Positions 14,301 to 26,100 of a stretch of DNA of 64,000 nt are shown here, piece by piece. The notes beneath the pieces were generated by a model that was given only the letters and a program-made list of their open reading frames with translations, was not told the DNA's origin and did not search any database. Numbering within the stretch: position 1 is the stretch's first letter; the number at the start of each line of letters is the position of its first letter. Location: the NCBI RefSeq assembly GCF_000150275.1, contig NW_002060972.1, positions 252,500 through 316,499 on the forward strand, written 5' to 3'. The stretch comes from Trichoplax adhaerens (taxonomy: Eukaryota; Animalia; Placozoa). Position numbers and translations under genes: made by a program.

Positions 14301-17300
14301 TTGATTGCACTTTTGCTTAACTGTTTCGCCTAAGCGGAATAGTTTCTCTTCGAAGATACACGTATCAGTTCCATTTGGCCTAGTTGGTTTAGTACCTGAA
14401 GAAAACAATCATATCATTACTAAACTAGAACTTGTAAGATATTTTCTAGAAAGAAATTCCACAGTTAGCTTGCATCATCGTTGGCCTCCTTTGTTATGAA
14501 GCACTAACCCCTATAACCAAATCTATTTACATCCATTATCGTCTAACGAATATGAAAGTAAAACTTAAATACCATTGTTGCATTGATCCCTGCGGACGAG
14601 CAGTTCTTCATTTGGATTGCATCCGTTAGAATTTTCGCAACATCTAGTTGAACAAAAATCAATCTTAATAATGCGAGATTTGAATACTCTGATGAGATTA
14701 GAATCATCTGTCCAATTCATTGTATGGCTTTGGTAATTTAGCCTTGTTCTCAGTTAGTTTACTCACTGGCTGCAGTTATCCCTCTTACAGAAAGTAGTGA
14801 CCATCATGGGGCAGATTCGGTTATCTTGAGGATTAAAGGGACATCTTGGCAAGTTATTAGTTCCAGTAGGTTGGCAAGCCATCCTAGTGCAGCCCCAGCC
14901 ACCATTCTTCAAGCACATGCTATAGAATGAGTCAAAATTTTAACATTAGATCTTGGCCAATTTAGCTGGATCATGCTATCAACTTATACTAACCAGGTAT
15001 TGCAACCATCTTCAGCCTTTCGGTTTTCTCCAACTTGATAATTTATGTTGTTAAATTTGCAAGCTAGAAAAAATACCAATATCATCCATATAAGATTTTA
15101 TTATAATTATCTTTAAATAGCGATCGAGAATCATTTAAAACCCAGCTCTATAACTTACTGGAACATGCTCCTTGTTCAAAACGGATAGGGCGGCCACTTT
15201 GACATTCAAGTCTTCTCAATTCGCATAAATTAGAGATGGTAGTGCCGGTCTCCGTATTGCAAATAGGTTGATAGATTTCAGGACATGCTTCATTACATCG
15301 ACAGACGGCTTGGCTATTGAGGACTTGGCAAGTCTGCCTGAAACCGCATCGAGCGCGCATACATTCGGCTATTACCGGTAGAGAGGACAGCATTAAAATC
15401 TTTATTAGTAGCTTGGAAATCGATGATACTGAATATTACTAACTCTAGAGCAAAGATGTGCAAAGTACCAGTGAAAAGCTGTTTGTACTGTAAGCTACGT
15501 TTTGTCATAGTAGGAATTGGTATGATCATTTCCATTTTTTACTCCCCTTTTCGTCAAGGAATAATTTCGGAAATTATAGTAGACTACTTATATTATTTCA
15601 TATGTCAATAAGGGATATTTTCTTTGCTTCAGTAGAATCAACAGTAGACAGAACTTTTGCATAGGTATGCTCATATGTTAGTTCAGGATTTTACAGAGCG
15701 AAATTGAAATTCTCAACTTTTAATTTGCAAGGATTCCGATTTGACTTTTGAGAGTAGAAATTCCTAGTTTCTTAGTATTAAAATGTACCTAATATGCTCG
15801 TATGCTTAAATTTGAGAATTCTTCAGAGCAGAACCTCGACTCTTCAAAACTAGACAGGAATTTTAATTTGCCTCTATTATAAAATAGGTCATATAATGTT
15901 CTTTCCCAAGTATAATATGCTAGGGTTGAAAATTTATCACAGCAGAATTTCAATAGTTTACTACGGAGTTTTTGACTTGCCCCTATAGCTAAAAGTATCT
16001 TCAATTTTCAAGCATAGTATTACAAAAATTCAACTGAGTAAGCTGCAGGTAAAGTAAGGTTAGCTTAGTTAAGAATCCTTGAGGGAAGAATCTTAATTCT
16101 CGGATGTTAAAACCATCAAAATTTTTGGGTCAAAATTTTGTAAAAATACAGCTAGTTCCGCTGAAGCATGAACTACCAGAAATTTCAAATCTCTGGCGGT
16201 CCATATCTGAATTAAAATTTCTGTAGTTTAAAATTCTTTAGAGTAGAATTCGAACTCATGGGTGTCAAAATCATTCAATTTTTGTTTTGCAAATATGCCA
16301 TTGAATGCACCGTAGTTACGTTAGTGTAAGAATCCTTCGCAGAAGAGTCTTCACTCTAGGATGTCTAAACCATCAAGATTTTGAATGACCTCTACAGCAG
16401 TTGAAACTACTCTCCATTTTTACGAACAGTAAGGCAAAATGATCACTAGAATAGCCAATTTTACGATAGAATGGCATGAATGATAAACTACCGTATAAAC
16501 AAGCATCAACGAATGCTTTGACGTCAAGATTGGCCAGCTCCGCTTGTTTTTGTCAACAGTTTTTAATCTCAATCAATAACAAAACTGAGAAAATTTTTGA
16601 ATTGATAACGTTGAGAGTTATAATAAATAGACGGCGATTTAGATTTTATACGGGAAATAGAGTAGAACTGATTCTATTGCGCAATCAGTGTTAGCAAATA
16701 AACTACCCTGTTGTTTTTACGTCATCTAAGCCTAGAGTAGTTTATTTACACTTATTTATACACCCCACGTTGCGAACGGCATGAGATAAATGGATAAATT
16801 GCAGCTGGATGTACTGTACGATTCTAATATTTGAAGATCGATTAGAACTCAATACTAGAACTCTCTATAGTACTTTCAACGATTACGCTATCGGCTGTTC
16901 CGTCCAATCTCAGAACTAGGTGATATTGACGTCAAGATAATATTGCCTTATTACTATCAAAACAGGCAAGACGACAAGCAATTTAACAACATTATTTTGT
17001 TATAACGAGAGTATAGCAAGATAGATATAGGCAAATGGACTACTTATCTAATTAGTAGCACGATTTTTCAATCATGATAAACAGATGGTTTCATTGGCTG
17101 TTTAAAATTGCATAATAATAAATAATGTTTACTACAATCTCTTCTCATGGACTGTATTCGAATTCATAGTTCAAAAGTTCAATTTTAATAAGGATTGGAT
17201 ATGCTTCAAGTGCATGAATTGACTAGAAACGAATTAAAGTCTAAAATAAACGTAATATTTATAATTGATGTGACTTAGAGTTAATAAAGTAACCAATGCT

Positions 17301-18514
17301 TACTAGTGATTACATAATGGAGAAAATATTGGATCAGCTTTTAATCCAGCAGATAAATATAGTAATTTGTGTTCTATCCTTATAAAATTTTACTCGATGA
17401 TAGCAATAAGCGTCAAAGTGATATTCGATAGGGGAATTCTTGCACGATTCTAGTCTGAAAAATAAGCCACTAATATACTGCAAAGTAGTTTAAAAAATGA
17501 ACCAAACGGAAATAGAATAATACTACGCGAGAACTAACTGGAATGAATTGGAGGAAATGTCTCTTGCGACTGATTGATCTCATTTGCACTTAAGCCATAT
17601 TTCAAATTTAAAGCGAATTAAATGCTACACTACACCATAAACTTAACTTGGGACGCGAGTCTAAAGTAAAATTCTTTCATTAACTAAGTTTGAATAGATA
17701 GGCATTAGGCTATCTTTGTCCACTAAAATAAAATACCTATGAGGTACTGATATAGGTGATCATGAAATTTCACGTATTATGAACTTCTTAAATGAGCATA
17801 CCGATCACATTATTAATTAGAATCTAATTATCATACCTTAATTATGTATTTCCTTAATTAATGCATATGGAATTTTGGACTTTTCACATATAGTTTATGG
17901 AATGACTACAAAGATCTAATTTGCCATTCTTTTTTTATATTTCTTGCTTACTATAACAACTAAACATAAACGACTACGGCGGTATTTATAAATATCATCA
18001 ATCAATTTTAGCTGGTATAAAATGCAAGCTTTGCTCATCAAGCAAACTGAACATTCATGCGCGTAAATACTGAAATGATTCGATACTCTTCATTGCATAA
18101 ATAAGCGACTGTTGTCAGTAAAAAGTTTACATGAGTATTATAACAGAGCTGTAAAAATAGATAGAATAGCTTACCTTGCATGCAGGTGAAGTTTAATTGA
18201 GGTAAGCGCCTGAATGTTTCTCCAATGATTGGATTATCGATGGCTGTTTGGAAGGGAAGTACGCTACCATCGTCTTTGCGATGGGCGCAAAACAATCCCT
18301 CTCTACAGACACCTTGTCCGACAGGGCTCATTCCGATAGCGCAAATTTGATTTTCATTTTTGACGCAAGTTTGGCAACAACCGCAAAAATCAGAAGCAAT
18401 TGGTTCCTCACAATCTGGCCTAGGACATCGAATTATTTCGCATTGTGGACACGTAGTGGCCCAACAAAGGCTTACGGCACTGGCAAGTGCCAATGAAAGA
18501 AAAAGGAATTTCAT
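1..18514 (-). CDS. Giant secreted multidomain Cys-rich protease-inhibitor-like protein: SP-IGFBP-follistatin/Kazal-pacifastin-WAP-like-(pacifastin)x39+; 3' end beyond window
   Basis: Hand-spliced exons are phase-compatible with no stops: 18175-18514, 15159-15368, 14994-15063, 14767-14919, 14573-14643, then alternating a/b exons 14299-14395/14090-14157, 13879-13954/13699-13757, 13464-13539/13327-13385 ... 303-384/141-187, and partial 1-68. Typical domain: KEEVCQYKDTTFAHGETTKQDCNTCKCIKGRWACTRMLCP. It fits the pacifastin (MEROPS I19) pattern CNxCxCx2-3Gx3CTx3C and resembles the locust SGTI/PMP-D2 core KQDCNTCxCxxxGxWxCTRKGC. I count 40 complete domains plus one partial. The join across the 2.8-kb first intron is inferred from phase. 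Confidence 0.9.
8020..8620. repeat. Degenerate ~315-bp intronic tandem duplication
   Basis: caatagttaacctcaatcaagctacaaac...ccgaatagctagttattgacaattcttggtcacaactc versus taatagtttaccttaatcaagctatatac...tcgaataactagttcttgatagttcttgatcgtaactc. Confidence 0.8.
14573..14850 (-). other. WAP (four-disulfide core)-like domain between pacifastin domains 1 and 2
   Basis: Spliced translation LPRCPFNPQDNRICPMMVTTFCKRDNCSQCCENSNGCNPNEELLVRRDQCNN: 8 Cys in WAP order (CP..C..CxxDxC..CC..GC..C) with atypical spacing. Confidence 0.55.
15159..15368 (-). CDS. Exon 2: follistatin/Kazal domain (10 Cys)
   Basis: ECMRARCGFRQTCQVLNSQAVCRCNEACPEIYQPICNTETGTTISNLCELRRLECQSGRPIRFEQGACS: FOLN part plus Kazal CPxxYxPIC...NxCEL...C...GAC. 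Phase 1-1 exon. Confidence 0.9.
18175..18514 (-). CDS. Exon 1: signal peptide plus IGFBP N-terminal domain
   Basis: Hydrophobic leader MKFLFLSLALASAVSLCWA, then CPQCEIIRCPRPDCEEPIASDFCGCCQTCVKNENQIC...GVCREGLFC, containing the IGFBP CGCCxxC motif. Phase-1 donor G|GTAAG at 18175. Confidence 0.88.
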
Positions 18515-21500
18515 AGAGTCGATCCTTATAGTTAAGAAAAAGAACAGACGAACAAAGATTAAAAAAAAAATTGGCTGCATCTACCGCTCATTCTCTGTCA
18601 ATTTTAAATCTTACAACTGAGCTAAAAGCACTTCATTTAATCTAATGAGTAACTATTTTGATTAAATCGTATCGATTAATAGTCTGTACTAATTATATCA
18701 ATACTATCATTACTTATCTTTCCTATTAAAAAGATGAGAATAGGATAGCAAATAAAATGACGCAAAATTGAACACCTAATTCTAGTGCAAGACTTATTTC
18801 GATATTTTTTCTTAGTTTAGAACATCATCTTAATTCTTAAATTTATCGATTGCAGTCTTTTCAAACACTAAGCAATTATCATCTAAAATTTCCTTTTTAA
18901 TCGATAAGCGATATTTTATAAAACAAAAATTTTGCTGCAATAAATGGCTTGCTTCATGCTATCGTTATTTTCTTTCTAGCATTGGTTAAACTATATAAAT
19001 TTTCTAAAATAGGAATTCTCTAATGTCAAAATTATTAACTTGAAAAAAACTCAGCAGCAATCACAAAAGAACTGAGACCTATTCTAAGCTTACTGAAGTT
19101 CAAGAAGCGTATTAGAATACTCTATCTAGGAATCCACTCGTTACCATTTTGAAAAATAGTGACTAGGGTGAGTAAAGCTGTTTAAGTTTTATTACAACGT
19201 TTCTTGCAATATTAGAAAGTGCAATAGTATTTAATCAGGAAATTGCAGAGCTGATTAATGTAATTTCGTATGATCAAAGACTAGGAAGTACACGTATTAT
19301 GCACTAATTTTTGCTTCACTATAAACATAACTTTTTTTAGATTACTGAATTGGAAGTTAATGAGAATAATTTTATCTGTACTTTTATCTCCTTTTTTTAG
19401 ATAAAAATATGTTTTGTTAATGTTATCTAAGTGATACTGATTTGTTTACGTATCTATGGTAGAACTCAATTGGTTTTTCCATAAAATTTAGGTTACCAAA
19501 TTTAGTTTTAAGTAAATTGAAGGATGTGTTTTCACTGTACCCTCCTGAAGACAGGAAACGCTTAGTATTTTTAAGTTATACGAAGTGCTAGAAGATTTAC
19601 GCTTACTGTCTCGTTGCAAGCTCAAGTTTGTAAAATTTTACTCCATTTTCTCAACATCTTACTCTAAAAAGTTTGTTACTAAAACGGATATTCGTACTGC
19701 TGAAAACGATCCCTTATCTATCTTCATGTACCGTGAAATCAAAGACTATCTAATTAGAATTTGAAAATCTTGAATTTGCAAAATGAAATAAAAACCTACA
19801 AAAGAATTTGAATTCCAGCTACCCCAAATATTAAGTTTCTTAATATTTGTTACTTAATAAAGCATCAATGTCATTAATAGTGTAAGAGAAATCCATCAAT
19901 TCTAGAGTGAACTAGTAGGGCTTTTAAGAGTAATTTTTTTCCAAATTTTACCTTACAAAACGTGATCTTCCCTATAAGATTGATTTGGACTTGATAGATT
20001 GGGTAAAGTTTAATCAATCGGGTCTTAAGTGATGTCAGTGCCTTGCACTCGTCTATATAGGTATGGATTTGAGCAGTAGGTGGTCTAACAAAATGATATT
20101 TATGAAGGCATTTGATTGTCATTAATAATTTTACCTATGATTGGTTACGCCATTGAAAATATTGAAATTTTTTCGTGAGGTTAATAACATGCACGACCCC
20201 ATTCTAAGTTCGTTTCATAATATTTTTGCACTGTCATTCATCCTAAGCTTACCACAATGATATCTGATGCCGTAGCTTATACGAGCACCGAAATCAGTGA
20301 ATTCAAAATGTGATGAAATAGTAGACATTGTCAAAATACACAACATGCTACCATGCGTAGCTGATCGTCATTCCATGGCTATTTGATGTATAGTCATTAA
20401 AATTCACAGCAGACCCCACGGAATACTTTAAAAGTCAAATGAATTAATAATATTTTTCCTATAATGAAAATATACACTACTATCGAGTAGAAGCACGCGG
20501 TGTTCAACGGTCCTTTTGGAACAACTGCTATGCATCGAGTTAGAAGACAAGCAGTACCGTTCTATTAATCAGACACTTGTTATTATTTTTATTTTTGAGA
20601 CGGTATTCAGGTATTAATTTAGATTGGCTTTTTTTATCCAATTCAAAGGATAATCACTCAATATCAAAGCGTATATTCCTAGATTGAAGATTGCTGTAAT
20701 TTGGTATAGCAGCAGTGTTCAATATTCATTCCACCATTTTATGCAAACGCTGCATCCATTTACTCATTGGTCTAATATTGCACTAGTTTCTAGTTTTGAT
20801 ATACGACATGTATATCAAGTTCAAGCGTAGCAATAGCCTGTATGGCTCCAATTTAAGAGCACAGATGAAATTCAAAAATAGTAAAACTATTCCAAGCGCC
20901 AGAATTAACCTCTACGTAAATATTATGCACGAGCGATTGCTCTCGACTGACAAAATCACTGCATGTAAATGTTTAACGGCGGCTTAAGTTCGATATTGAT
21001 CAACAGATAGCTTTCCAATATCCATGTAGAAAGTATTTTCTTTAGCAAAGATAATGCAAACAATTGGGTGCATGCATAAAATTTAAGTAATATTCTAGGT
21101 TCAAAATGATGTCATTAGTACTAACGATTATTTGAGTATGATATTAGAATATGGCTTGAAATGAACGCATTGTTTTCGTCTGCGATTTTATGACAGATAG
21201 AGAGTAAATTTATTCGTGGATCGAGTGTGTTTAGGGTTATATGCATATTGATCTTAATTTTACTAAAATACAATATGAAGTATAACGTACAATGTGAGCA
21301 GCCTCTGTTATATACTTAAGTTTGAAGATGCGCTGTCGCTACGACTATTACAACTGGCTTCTATATATCATTATAATGAGCACCATGAATATTCAATATT
21401 TTCTAATAGCAGATAAATCTATTTGCACCAACTATGCCATATGTGACTTCGCATAGCTAATAAATTGTCGCTTTGGCGGCAAATTGTAATTCTTCGAAAA

Positions 21501-22930
21501 ATATTGCACCAGGTACGAGCATGTTCGTGGTGATTAAAGAATTTATATTTTGATATTTAGATGAAAACCAAGTGTGATAAATAACTTTCGACACCCTACA
21601 ATCGACTTTAGCTTTACAATAATCTTAATAAACTTGGTATTGCCTAGAATTTTCCCAAATTAAAGTATTTTAAAAATTTTTATCAGCATTCCTTATTGAT
21701 AATCGGAATTTAGGAAATGAATGAATGATTTACTTTAGACAAATAGAGAATTAAAATTAGATAAATTTTTTTCGCATTTTAAACCCTGCATGATACTATC
21801 ATAAATCCTGCATCTTCGTATGAAATAACTGAAATATCTAAAATTTGTTACCCGTTCTCTTATATTAAAATACTGCAGCTGAAAATGAAGCCCTGCAGTT
21901 GTGTCAGCACAATTTTTCAACTGCTAACATATTTTAAATGGATTTGGAAATACCATTCATTGAATTCCTTAAAAATTAATCATTTTTGCGTTGTTTTCTT
22001 TATGATGCCACTAGTTACCTTCATATAAAATCAACTAGGAGAAGATAGTCTATTTTAGCCTCTTTTTTAAAGTAAATTTTTATTAAATGGAAATAGTAAC
22101 CGTTGATTCTCGAAAATTTTTGTTTGATATAGGCTCCATCAGACAGTAACGCTGTCCGGAGATTGATTTAAATTTGTTTCATCACCCTAAGCGGCGGCTA
22201 TTGACAGTTACCAGGCGAATAGTTTATGGATCTAGTAAGCTCTGTTACTCGTTCATACCTTACATACATCGCATTAAACGCTCTACTTCTGCATAAACAG
22301 GAGAGGAATAAACCTTTTGCTACGTATATCCTGTGTTATGATAGGATTACATCGATATAAAATCAATAAACATTTAAAAACAACGCAGAATAAGATCTTT
22401 GTACTCTATTAATAAATTGATTATTTGATCTATATATCATAACAGATTTTAGCTTCTACGAGTATTCATGTAAAGACAATATTGAGGTATACATACGTTG
22501 AGTAACATAAGAAAAATCATTATATGTAAATTATAATGAGAACAATGCTGGCGTTTTAATTTTTGACTAGAATGGTTAGGATTGGTTATTCGCTCATTAA
22601 ATTACCAGTAAAGAAAACAAATTAAGCCAGAGTAGTAGAAATTAAACACAAGTGATAGGCAAGAAGAGTGACGAAGTTAAGTTTAGCTCACCTGATTTCA
22701 TTAATGATAAACAATAAGCAGTCTTGAATATTTAGATCTCTTCTTTATTTCTAGAATACAAGCAAAGCAAACATTAAAAAGTTGAGATAGTTGAAAGCGA
22801 TGAGAAGTATAGAAATATCATTATTATCTTGAGTGAGACTTTGGTTATATTGATATATCAGCTAGTACTAGACATCAGCGGTCCTCCCAATATACTATCG
22901 CAGAATACTGTATCCGAATACATATTTTTG

Positions 22931-23124
22931 ATTATTGCTTTAGTTTTTATAGCGATATCTTTTTTTGATATGCAAGTAGACTCTGATTGACTTTCGATGA
23001 CTGCTCGATATTGCTTTAGTTTTCATAGATATAGCTTTATTCATATGCAAGTAGACATTGGTTAATTTTTGCTCGATATTGCTTTAGCTTTTTCAGCTAT
23101 GCATGTATTCGTATATAAGTAGAC
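22931..23124. repeat. Three degenerate ~70-bp tandem copies
   Basis: tattgctttag...tatgcaagtagac occurs three times. Confidence 0.75.
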
Positions 23125-26100
23125 AGAGATAGCAATTCAATTGTTTGAACTGAGCTATGCTATGTGACCAACTTATCAAATAAGTGAAGGTCTTGTCTGA
23201 CGCTAAGTTATGAATTTTTTTATTTTTTTCATAAGATCTCTAGTGACGATGAGAACGGGTACCGGCTAAATCGTTTTGAATTCTAGCTGTAACTAGATAG
23301 TAAGATCGACTAATTCTGACTCTCCTATAGCTAAATTTAATTAATTTTTCAAAATTTGGATATAAAAACAAACTTTTACTTACCACTGCATTAATTATGT
23401 TTGCGGCGTATTGAATTTAATTACCGGTTTTAACCTGTCTACCAAGTACATTAATATGCAAATACTTTGCTCTATGACGTGCGAGTATGTGCTAAAATGC
23501 TGACTGTATGTATAATCAATCACAGGTTATACGAGATTTTACCGCTAAGCAGAAATTATACATCCCTATAACCAGAATTAGTCACTGAAGCTATTTATAC
23601 TGGCAAGAAGAATGCCGTAAATTAGCTGCAATGCGATAGTAGCTGTAAACTATCGCTGCGGTAGCTTGAATGAGTAACTTTTGCTTTTATTTACAGATGG
23701 CCATCAGAATAGCAGTTACAGAAGTAACATCTGCTAAAATGATTTTTATTACCATGCTAATTTGAGGATTATGTTAGATTACCTTTAACTTCGGATTAAA
23801 GCGGACACTGTTGGGTTTAGTAAGATATTCTAATATGAGAAGGTATTAATTACCTATTAAAAGCGATAAGTTACTACAGAGTTCATGTTTGTCAATCTTA
23901 TAGTTGGAATAGTCTAGTGTTATGTGAATATATTTGGTGTAGGAATAAATTACTGGGTGTTAAAAATCAATACTGTTTGGCACTTTAATATTGACTTGAG
24001 CTTGTTTCTATTTCGTTGTATAATAAATTTTTTACCTTTAGGAATAAAATTGAATGCAATTTCAATAGATGCTTATAAGACTATGAAGAATAGTCGACAC
24101 AGATCAACTCGCCGTAAATTAGGGTAGGAGCCAATATTGATATGACAGTATGAAGCAAGTAATGCCAAATTAGGAAAGGTGATTGTGTTTTCTATTAAAA
24201 CTGAACAGTAAGGTTTACATGGGAAAAGGGTATTGCTGTTCTACTGTAAATTAGCACCGTGAAAAGTTTAAACGCTCTCACACCATTACACGTATTCATC
24301 AAATGTGTTTGTAGCCGTTGCACTATCGAATTCTTCCAATGTAGCGATAGCCCTGCAAGGAAATTTCGTTGTTGATTTTAGCAAAGGCAATCCTATGTTC
24401 AAAGTCTACGATTCTCTTTTGACTGAAATTGCACCTATCTAGATGCTAATTATATCATTATTCTCTCATTAGTCGTTATTCATATAAAACATTGTTGGTA
24501 TTAAGATATTAATTAAACTAGGCATTCCAGTATGGAGGACTTTAACCTTAGCTCACAAATTAGTGTTACAATTTCTCAAAAATAATCTTTCTCTGCATGT
24601 AGAATATAAATTGTTCAGTTTACGATCCTGTAGCGGCAGGTATGAATATTTGCCAGCCCGGATAATTCTTTTGAGTGAGATCATAAATCGATCGCCTAAT
24701 TGCCAATGTCAAATTATTTTATATTTATTTTGATAAATCAGCAAGAAAATTAGAAATAGGAAATGACGGCTAAAAATGTAAATATAACAAATGGCATACG
24801 AGTATGTCTGCGAATGCAGATTGCAGACTTGATATGTCTTCTAGCTACTGTATATTATCTTTGCCTTTATTGCTAGAGTGGAAGAATTCGTTACCGATAT
24901 GATTTTATAATTTCTATGTCTGGTAACCGGACCATATACCCGTAGTGCTAGACGACAATTTCTACCAGTTGCACAGTGGGTGTGGAATTCAGAAACGAAT
25001 CAGTCTGCACTTGGAAATAGAAGCATTGACTAGCTAAAAGTTCAATAATAAAAACTACAGTATACCCGATACCTATTTGCCTGCTCGTATACGAGATTGA
25101 TAAATGTTTAGCCTGTTTGATCCTGTGTTAGTATTGAGTTGCTTTTACTTTAGGCTGTAGTAATAGCAGACTAATTTTGGATAGTTTTCCTTAATAATTA
25201 TAAAAGTTACAAATGAAATGATAACGCAATCTTAATTGATAGAGTATGATAGCATTAGTTAAACATTTTTTACTACAGCATCATTCGATATATGGACTGC
25301 AGTTAGTCAGTCACCATTTTATTTGATTGAACAGCTTCATCATTATATTTCTAGGCTCTTTTTGGTAATTACTGTAAGAAAATGTTCCAAGGTTGCCATC
25401 AATCAATGTTAGTAGTTTATTAATAAATACTGTTTAAGATCATGTAGCACGGCATTGCAATCTGTTATAGCCATCTTCGAGATAGCTTATCTCCTATGGA
25501 ATACGCTACCATGACAGGAAGGCACTTTATTTCATACCTTTACATGCCATCACAGCCTTTGCCGCTATATCGTCGATAGGACATCATCAAGTGCCTCTAT
25601 TTCGTCTTTTCTTACATTAAAGGAGAGGCTTGACGAAGAAATACCACATGAACCTGTTGCAGCAATGAATCTATCTAATGACATTATTCGATGCATTTAG
25701 TAGCATTGTACTGTGCAATAAATAAATGAAAGTATAAAAGCTGGGACGAATGTGTTTTGGTCATAAAAATTTTAATTTACAGCTAAGCCTAATAGCTAGA
25801 TCCAATGTCAGACCTTGCAGTTTAGGCAACAGCGATGGCATGCAATTGGTAGAGCTACAAGAGATGTTCATAATTGCTACCTTGTCCAATAGCAGTATCT
25901 GAACACCAATGCTACAGTGCCCCCCCCCCCCAAAAAAATAAAATAAAATATTTTTTCTTCCATTTCTATAATCGAATTAGATTTCAACTTACTTCATATG
26001 ATGGCAACAGAGATATTGATGGAGATGTGAGACTACTATACCTGCAAGTCACATTGTTATAGAGTTACTCCAATTTTATTCTTGATACGTTAAGAAATCC

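Noticed and set aside
18515-18580. Upstream Met (MQPIFFLIF...) as start of the inhibitor gene
   Set aside because: MKFLFLSLALA at 18514 begins a clean signal peptide; the extension looks like T-rich 5'UTR. Not formally excluded.
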